From: Armatimonadota bacterium
GTDB taxonomy: Bacteria > Armatimonadota > SYMT01
Length of the DNA: 64,000 nt
Reading direction: 5' to 3'
Assembly: GCA_046292385.1 (NCBI GenBank)
Contig: JBKBRF010000009.1
Coordinates: forward strand, 1 to 64,000
The first letter of the stretch is position 1; each line of letters begins with the position of its first letter. Below are positions 30,143-40,103 of the stretch, in pieces. Under the pieces are notes generated by a model. That model had not been told where the DNA came from. It saw only the letters and a list, made by a program, of their open reading frames with translations, and ran no database searches. The translations under genes were made by a program, and so were the position numbers.

Positions 30143-30982
30143 ATGGTACTTCCGCGCCTCAAAGAAAGAAGCGTCCTGCCCGGCTTCGGGCTCACGCTCG
30201 GCTTCACGCTGGTCTACTTGAGCCTGCTGGTGCTGATCCCGCTCTCTACGGTTTTCGTACGGACCGCCACCCTCCCGTGGCCGGAGCTCTGGAGCACCAT
30301 CTCGGACCCGCAGGCAGTAGCTGCCTACAAGCTCAGCTTCGGCGCCTCGCTCCTCGCCGCGGGCGTGAACGTGGTCTTCGGCGTGCTGGTGGCGTGGGTG
30401 CTCGCCCGGTACCAGTTCCCGGGGAAGCGGCTGGTGGACGGGCTGGTGGATCTCCCCTTCGCCCTCCCTACCGCCGTGGCCGGCATCGCGCTCACCGCCG
30501 TCTACGCTCCCAACGGGTGGCTCGGCCAGTACCTGGAGCCCCGCGGCATCAAGGTGGCGTTCGCGCCGCTCGGGGTGGTCGTGGCGCTCACCTTCATCGG
30601 ACTGCCGTTCGTGGTCCGTACGGTCCAGCCGGTGCTGGAGGACATCGACCATGAGCTGGAAGAGGCATCTGCCATCCTTGGCGCCAGCCGGTTCCAGACG
30701 TTCCGGCGGGTGCTCTTCCCGCTGCTGGTCCCGGCGATCCTGAGCGGATTCGCGCTTGCCTTCGCCCGCGCATTGGGTGAGTACGGCTCCGTGGTCTTCA
30801 TCTCCGGCAACCTGCCGATGCAGACGGAGATCGCCCCGCTCCTCATCGTGAGCAAGCTGGAGCAATACAACTACGCCGGCGCCACGGCGATCGCCCTGGT
30901 GATGCTGGTGTCGTCCTTCTTCCTCCTGCTAGTGATCAACCTGCTGCAGTGGTGGGGTGCGCGGCGGAACGGCCTGGCCTGA
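30143..30982 (+). CDS. cysT: Sulfate ABC transporter permease CysT
   Basis: [34 protein letters not shown] and GEYGSV. Confidence 0.96.
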   Translation: MVLPRLKERSVLPGFGLTLGFTLVYLSLLVLIPLSTVFVRTATLPWPELWSTISDPQAVAAYKLSFGASLLAAGVNVVFGVLVAWVLARYQFPGKRLVDGLVDLPFALPTAVAGIALTAVYAPNGWLGQYLEPRGIKVAFAPLGVVVALTFIGLPFVVRTVQPVLEDIDHELEEASAILGASRFQTFRRVLFPLLVPAILSGFALAFARALGEYGSVVFISGNLPMQTEIAPLLIVSKLEQYNYAGATAIALVMLVSSFFLLLVINLLQWWGARRNGLA

Positions 30983-31056
30983 CGAGGAGTCCGCCTTTCC
31001 CCCCGCTCGAAGAGTTCGCTCCGCCCTGGAGCCTGACGCGAGATCGCGAGAGAACG

Positions 31057-31947
31057 ATGCCCGGTGGTGCAGCACAGAGTAGACGATTGGTCCGAGGTCA
31101 CGGCAAGTCCGGAAACACCTCGGAGCCCTGGTACGTGAAGACGATCCTGACGGGGGTCGCCCTGGCTTTCCTGGGCGTGTTCCTGATCGTCCCGCTGGCG
31201 GCGGTGTTCCATCAGGCGTTCGAGAAGGGCCTGGCTGCCTACCTCGACGCGCTGAAGGAGCCGACGGCACTGGCGGCGATCCGGTTGACCCTGATCACCT
31301 CCCTGGTTGCGGTTCCCCTCAACCTGGTGTTCGGTCTCGCCGCGTCGTGGGCGATCGCCAAGTTCAACTTCCGGGGCAAGAACCTGCTCCTGACCCTGAT
31401 CGACCTGCCGTTCGCGGTCTCGCCGGTGATTTCCGGGATGATCTTCGTGCTGCTCTTCGGCCGTCAGGGCTGGTTCGGGCCGTGGCTGCAGGCGCACGAC
31501 GTCAAGATCATCTTCGCCGTCCCGGGGATCGTGCTCGCCACGCTCTTCGTCACCTTCCCCTTCGTGGCGCGGGAGATGATCCCGCTGATGCAGGCGCAGG
31601 GCACGGAAGAGGAGCAGGCGGCGGTGGTTCTCGGCGCCGGCGGCTGGCAGACCTTCCGGCGGGTCACCCTCCCCAACGTGAAGTGGGGCCTGCTCTACGG
31701 GGTGATCCTCTGCAACGCCCGCGCGATGGGCGAGTTCGGGGCGGTCTCCGTGGTCTCGGGGCACATCCGGGGCCTGACGAACACGCTTCCCCTGCACGTC
31801 GAGATTATGTACAACGAGTACGACTTCGCCGGTGCCTTTGCGGTCGCTTCGCTGCTGACCTTCCTGGCGCTGATCACCCTCGTACTCAAGACCCTGGTGG
31901 AGTGGATCTCCGCTCGCGGATTGGCGTCCGCGGACGGAGCCGCTTGA
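31057..31947 (+). CDS. cysW: Sulfate ABC transporter permease CysW
   Basis: [19 protein letters not shown] and [18 protein letters not shown]. Confidence 0.96.
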   Translation: MPGGAAQSRRLVRGHGKSGNTSEPWYVKTILTGVALAFLGVFLIVPLAAVFHQAFEKGLAAYLDALKEPTALAAIRLTLITSLVAVPLNLVFGLAASWAIAKFNFRGKNLLLTLIDLPFAVSPVISGMIFVLLFGRQGWFGPWLQAHDVKIIFAVPGIVLATLFVTFPFVAREMIPLMQAQGTEEEQAAVVLGAGGWQTFRRVTLPNVKWGLLYGVILCNARAMGEFGAVSVVSGHIRGLTNTLPLHVEIMYNEYDFAGAFAVASLLTFLALITLVLKTLVEWISARGLASADGAA

Positions 31948-31969
31948 CCCGAGCGACGGGAGAGTTCGA

Positions 31970-33040
31970 GTGAGTATCGCGGCAAAGAACATCACCAAGA
32001 CCTTCGGCCGGTTCGCCGCCCTCAAGGGGGTAGACCTCCAGGTCGACACCGGCGAGCTCGTCGCCCTGCTGGGCCCTTCCGGTTCCGGCAAGACCACGCT
32101 CCTGCGCATCATCGCGGGACTGGAGGAGGCGGACGGCGGCAAGATCCTGTTCCACGGCGAGGACGTGGCCCGCCGGAGGGTGGGCGATCGTGAAGTCGGC
32201 TTCGTCTTCCAGCACTACGCGCTCTTCCGGCACATGTCGGTCTTCGAGAACGTGGCATTCGGCCTGCGGGTGCGTCCGCGCAGCACGCGGCCGTCCCGCC
32301 AGGAGATCCGGGAGCGGGTCCTCGAGCTCCTCAAGCTGGTGCAGCTCGAGGGCCTTGCCGGCCGGCGCCCGTCGGAGCTCTCCGGCGGCCAGCGCCAGCG
32401 GGTCGCGCTGGCCCGGGCGCTGGCGGTGGAGCCGCGCGTGCTGCTGCTGGACGAGCCGTTCGGTGCCCTGGACGCAAAGGTGCGGCAGGAGCTGCGCCGA
32501 TGGCTCCGGAGGCTGCACGACGAGCTCCAGATCACCACGCTGTTCGTGACCCACGACCAGGAAGAGGCCCTGGAGGTTGCGGATCGGGTGGTGGTGATGA
32601 ACGAGGGCCGGATCGAGCAGGACGGAACCCCGGACGAGGTCTACGAGCATCCCGCCACCCCGTTCGTCTACCACTTCCTGGGGAGCGTGAACCTGTTCCA
32701 CGGCCGCGTCCACCACGGAGAGGCGCGCCTCGGCCCGCTCTCGGTGGCGACTCCGGAGCACGCCCGCACGCAGAACGCTGCGGCCGTGGGCTACGTCCGG
32801 CCGCACGACCTGCAGGTCCAGACCCATGCCAACGGGGTGACCGTGGAGACCCTGATCCGGCACGTCAGCACGGTCGGTCCAGTGGTCCGCTTGGAGCTGG
32901 AGCGGCGAGACAACGGCGATCGCATTGAGGCGGAGCTGACCCGGGAGCGCTTCCGAGAGCTTGCGGTGAAGACCGGCGATGCCGTCCACGTCAAGCCGAA
33001 GAAGCTCAAGGTCTTTCTGGAAGAAGACTACTCGATCTAA
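31970..33040 (+). CDS. cysA: Sulfate ABC transporter ATP-binding protein CysA
   Basis: [25 protein letters not shown] and [16 protein letters not shown]-terminal TOBE-like region. Confidence 0.96.
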   Translation: MSIAAKNITKTFGRFAALKGVDLQVDTGELVALLGPSGSGKTTLLRIIAGLEEADGGKILFHGEDVARRRVGDREVGFVFQHYALFRHMSVFENVAFGLRVRPRSTRPSRQEIRERVLELLKLVQLEGLAGRRPSELSGGQRQRVALARALAVEPRVLLLDEPFGALDAKVRQELRRWLRRLHDELQITTLFVTHDQEEALEVADRVVVMNEGRIEQDGTPDEVYEHPATPFVYHFLGSVNLFHGRVHHGEARLGPLSVATPEHARTQNAAAVGYVRPHDLQVQTHANGVTVETLIRHVSTVGPVVRLELERRDNGDRIEAELTRERFRELAVKTGDAVHVKPKKLKVFLEEDYSI

Positions 33041-33125
33041 CACGCTTGCTATTGCAGAAGATACGCGGGATGCAGGCTGCTGGCCTCGCCCGTTCTTCAG
33101 TTCGCTTCGGCAAAGAGGTACAGAA

Positions 33126-33332
33126 ATGTCGAACCAGCCCAACGCTCTCCCCCGCCTTCCGCGGGCGCAGGCCGAAACGGGAGGTCACACGCTCGACCGG
33201 GTCCGGGAAGCCCTGCGGGGTCTCCAGCACGGCGAGGTGACCGTAGTGGTCCAGGACGGGGTGGTGGTTCAGCTCCGGCGGACCGATCGCGTGCGTCTCC
33301 CCCGCCCGGACTACTCCACCCCTCACGATTAA
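33126..33332 (+). CDS. YezD/DUF2292 (OscA-like) small protein
   Basis: VREALRGLQHGEVTVVVQDGVVVQLRRTDRVRL; AGAGG RBS; typical sulfur-locus context. Confidence 0.85.
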   Translation: MSNQPNALPRLPRAQAETGGHTLDRVREALRGLQHGEVTVVVQDGVVVQLRRTDRVRLPRPDYSTPHD

Positions 33333-33470
33333 GCACCCAGACCGCTCCTCCGCCCTCCGCCGTAGACGCGGAGGGCTCAGCCGACCCGCCCCCGGGAGGC
33401 ACGACGACAATCCCGGCCTTGACCCACCGGACACACCGGAGGCATCGCTTTCAGATGACCAGACCAGACG

Positions 33471-35018
33471 ATGCTTCCTACTTCTCGAACCCCGCTTCGC
33501 CTCGCGGCGATTGCCGGCCTCGGACTGCTCTCCCCTGCGGCCGCCGCAGAGGACGCTCCCACCGTAATCCCAGCCACTGAGGCCCCCGCTTCCATCACCG
33601 TACCCGCGGCGCCCTCCGCGGCGAACCCGAGCCAGCCGGCAGCAGAGCCCGCGGCGCCAACTCCCGCGGCACCCGCGAGCTCGGCCGGCGCGGAAGGGGC
33701 ACAGCCCAATCCGCTGGAGAACCGCGTCCGCGAGCTGGAGGACACGGTCAGGCAGCTCCTCGGGACGATCGACACGCTCCAGAAGCTGCCGCCAAAGCCG
33801 GCCGACTCCGCCCAGGTGGAGAAGATTGTCGACGACAAGCTGAAGAAGCAGAAGCCACTTGCAGGATGGAACAACGGCTTCTTCGTCGAGTCGCAGGACG
33901 GCAATTTCCGGCTGCGGCTGCGGGCTCTTCTCCAGGTGGACCAGCGCGCGTTTACCGGCAAGGCGGGCCGCACCGGCGTCGATAGCTTCTTCCTCCGGCG
34001 TGTCCGCCCGATTGTCGAGGGCACGGTCTACAAGCACATCGACTTCAAACTGGTGCCGGACTTTGCCGGAGGCGCGGCAAGCCTCCAGGATGCCTACCTC
34101 GACTTCCGCTACTATCCGCAGGCATCGCTGCGGGTGGGTAAGTTCAAGGAGCCGGTGAGCCTCGAGCGCCTGCAGAGCGGCTCCGAGCTCCACTTCATCG
34201 AGCGCTCCATCGCGCAGAACCTGGCGCCGAACCGGGACGTGGGTCTGCAGTTCTATGGCGATCTGCTGGGGAACACGCTCACTTACTACGCGGGGCTCTT
34301 CAACGGAGTAAACGACTCCGCCTCCACCGAAGGAGACGTCGACAACGACAAAGACTTCGCGGGGCGGCTCTTCTATCAGCCGTTCAAGAACCGGCCGGGC
34401 CACTTCGCCGAAGGGCTGGGGGTCGGCTTCGGAGCCTCCATCGGCGAGCGGGAAGAGCCGCTCGGGGCCACGCTGCGCACGGCCGGGCGAAGCGGCTTCT
34501 TCCGCTACCAGGGCGGGGCGGACCCGGCCGCCGGCTCCGGAACCCACACGCGGTTCAGCCCCGGCTTCTACTTCTTCAAGGGGCCGGTCGGCCTGATGGG
34601 CGAGTACATCACCTCCAGCCAGGAAGTGGAGCGCCTGGGGGTGCGGGACAAGATCAAGAACGACGGCTACTTCCTCCAGGCCACCTACGTGCTCACCGGA
34701 GAAAAGGCGTCGTTCCGGGGCGTCGTCCCTCGCAAGGAGTTCGACCCCCGGAAGGGCCAGTGGGGCGCCTTCGAGCTCGGGGCGCGCTACTCCCGCATCA
34801 ACTTCGATGATGACGTCTTCAACCGCGGCTTTGCCGACGCCGCGACCGCGGTGGGAAGCGCGAACGAGCTCACCTTCGGGTTGAATTGGTACTTGAACCG
34901 CGCGGTGAAGATCCAGCTCAACTACGTCCGTACGAACTTCGACCGGTCGATTCCGTTCGGAGCGACCGCCACGGACCACGAGGACGTGTTCCTCAGCCGC
35001 TTCCAGCTCGCGTTCTAA
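33471..35018 (+). CDS. OprO/OprP-type anion-selective porin (probably sulfate)
   Basis: Signal peptide, Pro/Ala linker, FFLRRVRP, GKFKEPVSLERLQS, NRDVG, GLNWYLN and a C-terminal Phe. Confidence 0.88.
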   Translation: MLPTSRTPLRLAAIAGLGLLSPAAAAEDAPTVIPATEAPASITVPAAPSAANPSQPAAEPAAPTPAAPASSAGAEGAQPNPLENRVRELEDTVRQLLGTIDTLQKLPPKPADSAQVEKIVDDKLKKQKPLAGWNNGFFVESQDGNFRLRLRALLQVDQRAFTGKAGRTGVDSFFLRRVRPIVEGTVYKHIDFKLVPDFAGGAASLQDAYLDFRYYPQASLRVGKFKEPVSLERLQSGSELHFIERSIAQNLAPNRDVGLQFYGDLLGNTLTYYAGLFNGVNDSASTEGDVDNDKDFAGRLFYQPFKNRPGHFAEGLGVGFGASIGEREEPLGATLRTAGRSGFFRYQGGADPAAGSGTHTRFSPGFYFFKGPVGLMGEYITSSQEVERLGVRDKIKNDGYFLQATYVLTGEKASFRGVVPRKEFDPRKGQWGAFELGARYSRINFDDDVFNRGFADAATAVGSANELTFGLNWYLNRAVKIQLNYVRTNFDRSIPFGATATDHEDVFLSRFQLAF

Positions 35019-35031
35019 GCAGCACGGGAAC

Positions 35032-35145
35032 GGTTGCAGATGGCGGTTTAGCAGGCTGCAGGTTGGCGAGTCGGCAGGTTGCAGGTAGGCGCCCCGGTAA
35101 GCGCGGTTCGGGACCTGCGACTTGCTCACCTGCAACCTGCCAATT
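35032..35145. repeat. GCAGGTT-unit fold-back element (copy C)
   Basis: About seven degenerate GGTT(G)GCA units face ACCTGCG ACTTGCTC ACCTGCA ACCTGCCA, 14 bp after the porin stop. Confidence 0.75.
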
Positions 35146-35599
35146 CCGGCTCCCGCTCACAGGAAGTAGCCGGGCCCGCCGCCAGCCGGATCGGCGCCGC
35201 TCCACGGGCTGCTTCGGGGAGGCTCCACAGCCGGGGCCTCTCCAAACCCCATTTTCTGCTCCGACTGGTTTCAGTTCTGGTATCGACTGATATAATCGGA
35301 GAAGCCGGTCCATGTCACTGCCCGGGGTGTCTGTGTTTTTCCCGACGCCCGGCCGCAGCGGCGAGGCCAACCCCTCCGCGATCCCGTCGCCCGCGCGAAA
35401 GACCGGCACAGGGCGGCTCCGACCCGCGAGAACGGAAAGGTAACGATGACACCCGTCTTCAGCAGTTCCACCGTTCAGGTTCCCGTGGGACCGGAGACCC
35501 TGCACCCCCCGTTAAGCATCACCCGCGGACGAGGCGGCATCCCACCGCAGCCTCTTCCGCGCCAACCAGACCCGGCGTCGTAGCACCTGGCCTTCCAGG

Positions 35600-35628
35600 T
35601 TGACGTCGGGTTCGCTCTCTGGTACACT
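35600..35628 (+). promoter_or_regulatory. Sigma70-type promoter of rpoBC
   Basis: TTGACG-N17-TACACT with an extended-10 TG, ~190 bp upstream of the rpoB ATG. Confidence 0.75.
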
Positions 35629-35818
35629 TTGAGCTTGCGCGTCCCTCACCCGGGTTTCCCGCATTCCTTAGTGTACTGCCCGGATTAGAGCCCACAGCCG
35701 CCGGCCGCACCTTCAGGCGTTTCGGGACTGCCTGACCGCCGCCGGACCCCGAGGGGATGGCTGAGACTGATTGAACCATTGCGGTGGGACGCCCGCCCAC
35801 CGGAGGAGACAGGCCGTT

Positions 35819-38800
35819 ATGCACCGCCCCAACCGGCAGCCCGATCTGGAGCTATTGCCGAATCTCGTAGAGATCCAGTTGAAGAGCTTCGACTGGTTCA
35901 TCGATAAGGGCCTGCGCGAGCTGTTCCATAACTTTTCGCCGATCGAAGACTTCACCGGCAACCTCTCGCTGGAGCTGGTCGACTTCTACCTGGATAAGGA
36001 GAAGTACTCGGTCGAAGAGTGCCGCGACCGCGACATGACCTACGAGCGCCCCATCAAGGCGCGCGTGGTGCTGCGCACGCCCAGCGGCGACATGCAGGAG
36101 ACGGAGGTCTACCTCGGCGACCTGCCGATCATGACCGACCGCGGCACCTTCGTGATCAACGGGGTGGACCGCGTCGTCGTCTCCCAGCTCGCCCGCTCGC
36201 CCGGCGTTTACTTCAACGACAACATCGACTTCAGCGGCCGCATCCTCTACACCGCCACGCTCATCCCGAGCGAAGGCGCGTGGCTCGAGATCGAGACCGA
36301 CGCGAGCGACGTCATCACCGTGCGCGTGGGCCAGACGCGCAAGTTCCCGCTCACCACGCTGCTGCGGGCGCTCGGCGCGTTCGACCAGTCGAGCAACTTC
36401 GGCTACGAGTTCGTCTCGGCGGACCAGGCGCTCGGCCGTGTCGCAGCCTCCAACGTGGTGGACCAGCGCACCGGCGAAGTGATCGTGGAAGCCGGCGACG
36501 AGATCAGCCAGGAGCAGTTCGACCGGCTGCAGTCCGCCGCCGCGGGCGACCGCGTCGAGGTGCTGGTACCGCGCATCCCGGCGAGCACCACCGAGGACAT
36601 CCTGCGGCTCTTCGGCAGCGAAGAGGAGCTGGAGAACCCGGACCGCGAAGCCCTGTACGGCCGCCGGCCGGTGGAGGACGTGGTCGATCCGAAGAGCGGC
36701 AAGGTGCTCGTCAAGGCGTTCCAGAAGATCACCCAGGAGAACGCCCGGAAGATCGAGGGCCTGGAGCTGCCGTCGATCACGCTCCTGCGCCCGAACCGCT
36801 ACATCGAGGCGACCGTCGAGGCGGAGAGCTCCAGCATCCAGGACACCGAGGACGCGCTGGCCGACATCTACCGGACGATCCGCCCGGGAGACCCCTCCAC
36901 CTCCGAGAGCGCGCGCGGGCTCCTCTCCAGCATCTTCTACGACCTGCGCCGCTACGACCTGGCGCGCGTGGGCCGGTACATGATGAACCGGAAGCTGAGC
37001 CTCACGATGCCGGATGGCCGCGAGGTGCCGCTGAACCTGCCAATGGACGATCGCACCGACCTGATCGCGAAGCTGGGCGCCGGCCACCGCGCCGCCCGCT
37101 CCGTGAACCAGGCCGACCTGATCGCCATCATCAAGTACATCATCGACTTCGCCGAGGCGAAGCACACCCGCGACGACATCGACCACCTGGAGAACAAGCG
37201 CGTCCGCTCCGTGGGCGAGCTGCTGCAGAACCAGATGCGTCTCGGCTTCCTCCGGATGGAGAAGGTCGCCCGCGAGCGCATGACCGCCGCCGACGCGGAG
37301 AGCGTGGTGCCGCAGGTGGTCCTCTCCGTAAAGCCGATCAGCGCGAGCATCAAGAGCTTCTTCGGCAGCTCCCAGCTCTCGCAGTTCATGGACCAGACCA
37401 ACCCGCTGGCAGAGCTCACGCACAAGCGGCGCCTCTCGGCCCTCGGCCCCGGCGGTCTCTCCCGCCAGAGCGCCAAGCTGGAAGTGCGCGACGTGCACCA
37501 CAGCCACTACAGCCGGGTCTGCCCCATCGAGACGCCGGAAGGCCCGAACATCGGTCTCATCGGCTCCCTCGCCATCGCGGGCCGGATCAATGAGTTCGGC
37601 TTCCTCCTCGCTCCCTACCGCAAGGTGGTGGACGGGGTGGTAACCGACCAGATCGACTACCTGACCGCGGACGAGGAAGACCGCTACCACCTGGCGCCGC
37701 CGAGCACCCCGGTGGACGCAGACGGCCGGATCATGGGCCCGGCGATCTGCCGGCACCAGGGCCGGTTCCCGACGGTCCCGCCGAAGGACGTCGACTACAT
37801 CGACGTCATGCCGATGCAGATCGTCTCCCCGGCGACCGCGCTGATCCCGTTCCTGGAGAACGACGACGCCAACCGCGCGCTGATGGGCTCCAACATGCAG
37901 CGGCAGGCGGTTCCCACCCTGCGCCCGCGGGCTCCGGTCTGCGGGACCGGCGTGGAGCAGAAGGTCGCCGCGGACTCGGGTGCCGCCGTGGTGGCGAAGC
38001 GGGACGGCCGCGTCATCTACGTCACGGCGGAGCGGATCGTGCTGGAGACGCGGGAGAAGGACGAGGACGGCAAGCCGTACCGGGACGTCTACCGCCTGCT
38101 CAACATGCTGCGGTCCAACAACGCCACCTGCATCACGCAGCGCCCCATCGTGAAGAAGGGCCAGCGCGTGAAGAAGGGCGACGTGATCGCGGACGGCCCG
38201 AGCATGCAGGACGGCGAGCTGGCGCTCGGCCAGAACGTGCTCGTCGCGTTCGTGCCGTGGAACGGCTACAACTACGAAGACGCCATCCTGGTCTCCGAGC
38301 GGCTGGTGAAGGACGACGTCTACACCTCGATCCACATCGAGAAGTACGAGACGGAAGCCCGAGACACCAAGCTCGGACCGGAAGAGATCACGCGGGACAT
38401 CCCGAACGTCAGCGAAGACGCGCTGAAGGACCTGGATGAGGACGGCGTGATCCGCATCGGCGCCGAGATCCGCGCGGAAGACATCCTCGTGGGCAAGGTG
38501 GCCCCGAAGGGCCAGGGCGAGCTCACTCCGGAAGAGCGGCTGGTCATCGCCATCTTCGGTAAGAAGGCGGAAGAGACGCGCGACGTCTCCCTGCGCCTTC
38601 CGCACGGGGAGAAGGGCAAGATCATCGACATCAAGCGGTTCAGCCGGTTCAAGTACCGCTGCACCGGGTGCCAGACGATCTACGACTTCAGCAAGAAGCC
38701 GGAGCGCCTCGTCTGCGACAAGTACGACTGCGGCGGCGAGCTGGAGCGGATCCAGGCGGACGAGCTCCCTGCGGGCGTGAACATGCTGGTGCGGGTCTAC

Positions 38801-39988
38801 GTCGCCCAGAAGCGCAAGCTGATGGAAGGCGACAAGATGGCGGGCCGCCACGGCAACAAGGGCGTCATCTCCAAGATCATGGCGCAGGAGGACATGCCGT
38901 TCCTCCCGGACGGCACCCCGGTCGACATCGTGCTCAACCCGCTGGGGGTGCCGAGCCGCATGAACATCGGGCAGGTGCTGGAGACGCACCTCGGGCTCGT
39001 GACTCGGTTCCTGGGTGGGCGCTACATGAACCCGATCTTCCAGGGACGCAAGGAAGCGGACATCGTCGGCGAGCTCAACAAGATGGGCGACCGGCTGCGC
39101 AGCCACAAGCTCTACGAGTACGCCACGCAGGAGCTGAAGCTGGAGCTGGACGGCTCCTCTCCCGAGGACAGCCCGGAAGAGCTGTTCGAGGCGGTGCAGG
39201 CGGCGGTCCGGGCGCTGGCGCCGGAGGACCTCTACCGCGCCGGCCAATCCCTCGGCGTGCCGACGATCGAGGGCGACCCGATCGTGCTGACGCACGAGCC
39301 TGAGCCGGTGGAGCCGAACGAGGACGAGGAAGAAGAGGAAACCGCGGCGGCGGAGCCGATCACGGAAGAGCTGTGGCCGGTCGACGTCGAGACGGTGATC
39401 GCGCGGATCCAGGAGAACGTGGATAAGCGCGTCGGCTTCCTGTCGAACGAAGGCAAGATGCGCCTTCGCGACGGCCGGACCGGCGACTTCTTCGAGATGC
39501 CGGTGACGGTCGGGCTCCTCTACATGCTCAAGCTGGCGCACCTGGTGGACGACAAGATCCACGCGCGGAGCACCGGCCCCTACTCGCTCGTCACGCAGCA
39601 GCCGCTGGGTGGTAAGGCGCAGTTCGGGGGTCAGCGCTTCGGGGAGATGGAAGTCTGGGCCCTGGAAGCGTACGGCGCGGCCCATACGCTCCAGGAGATC
39701 CTCACCATCAAGAGCGACGACGTGCTGGGGCGCGTCAAGACGTACGAAGCGATCGTGAAGGGCGACACTATCACGGCGCCGGGTATTCCGGAGAGCTTCC
39801 GGATCCTGGTGAATGAGCTTCAGTCGCTCGGCCTGAAGGTGACCGTGGAAGACCGGGAAGGCAACGCGGTCGACCTCCGGGATCAGGAAGAGGAGTACGG
39901 CGCCGAGGCGGCGCGGCACCGGCAGATCCGGCGGATCATGGACACCAGCCCCATGCCGCTGACGCCGGACGAGCAGCCGACCGAGTAG
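35819..39988 (+). CDS. rpoB: DNA-directed RNA polymerase subunit beta
   Basis: [60 protein letters not shown] and GGQRFGEME; start re-called to ATG 35819 after GGAGGAG. Confidence 0.99.
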   Translation: MHRPNRQPDLELLPNLVEIQLKSFDWFIDKGLRELFHNFSPIEDFTGNLSLELVDFYLDKEKYSVEECRDRDMTYERPIKARVVLRTPSGDMQETEVYLGDLPIMTDRGTFVINGVDRVVVSQLARSPGVYFNDNIDFSGRILYTATLIPSEGAWLEIETDASDVITVRVGQTRKFPLTTLLRALGAFDQSSNFGYEFVSADQALGRVAASNVVDQRTGEVIVEAGDEISQEQFDRLQSAAAGDRVEVLVPRIPASTTEDILRLFGSEEELENPDREALYGRRPVEDVVDPKSGKVLVKAFQKITQENARKIEGLELPSITLLRPNRYIEATVEAESSSIQDTEDALADIYRTIRPGDPSTSESARGLLSSIFYDLRRYDLARVGRYMMNRKLSLTMPDGREVPLNLPMDDRTDLIAKLGAGHRAARSVNQADLIAIIKYIIDFAEAKHTRDDIDHLENKRVRSVGELLQNQMRLGFLRMEKVARERMTAADAESVVPQVVLSVKPISASIKSFFGSSQLSQFMDQTNPLAELTHKRRLSALGPGGLSRQSAKLEVRDVHHSHYSRVCPIETPEGPNIGLIGSLAIAGRINEFGFLLAPYRKVVDGVVTDQIDYLTADEEDRYHLAPPSTPVDADGRIMGPAICRHQGRFPTVPPKDVDYIDVMPMQIVSPATALIPFLENDDANRALMGSNMQRQAVPTLRPRAPVCGTGVEQKVAADSGAAVVAKRDGRVIYVTAERIVLETREKDEDGKPYRDVYRLLNMLRSNNATCITQRPIVKKGQRVKKGDVIADGPSMQDGELALGQNVLVAFVPWNGYNYEDAILVSERLVKDDVYTSIHIEKYETEARDTKLGPEEITRDIPNVSEDALKDLDEDGVIRIGAEIRAEDILVGKVAPKGQGELTPEERLVIAIFGKKAEETRDVSLRLPHGEKGKIIDIKRFSRFKYRCTGCQTIYDFSKKPERLVCDKYDCGGELERIQADELPAGVNMLVRVYVAQKRKLMEGDKMAGRHGNKGVISKIMAQEDMPFLPDGTPVDIVLNPLGVPSRMNIGQVLETHLGLVTRFLGGRYMNPIFQGRKEADIVGELNKMGDRLRSHKLYEYATQELKLELDGSSPEDSPEELFEAVQAAVRALAPEDLYRAGQSLGVPTIEGDPIVLTHEPEPVEPNEDEEEEETAAAEPITEELWPVDVETVIARIQENVDKRVGFLSNEGKMRLRDGRTGDFFEMPVTVGLLYMLKLAHLVDDKIHARSTGPYSLVTQQPLGGKAQFGGQRFGEMEVWALEAYGAAHTLQEILTIKSDDVLGRVKTYEAIVKGDTITAPGIPESFRILVNELQSLGLKVTVEDREGNAVDLRDQEEEYGAEAARHRQIRRIMDTSPMPLTPDEQPTE

Positions 39989-40103
39989 CGGTGACGTCCC
40001 GGGCCGGTGGACCGGAGCAGTCTCCACCGGCCCCGCCTCCGCTGATCTAGCGGTCGTGTACGCACGAATTTCAATCCGATGGCACTGCCTAAGGAGTTAG
40101 TGA

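Noticed and set aside
35271..35471. 66-aa minus-strand ORF with VIVTFPFS, resembling a MazF/PemK start
   Set aside because: There is no following K.RP motif, no antitoxin, and codon usage is poor.
35759..35766. GGCTGAGA as a TPP riboswitch core before rpoB
   Set aside because: The downstream ACCTGA/TAATGC-type elements are absent and the gene context is implausible.
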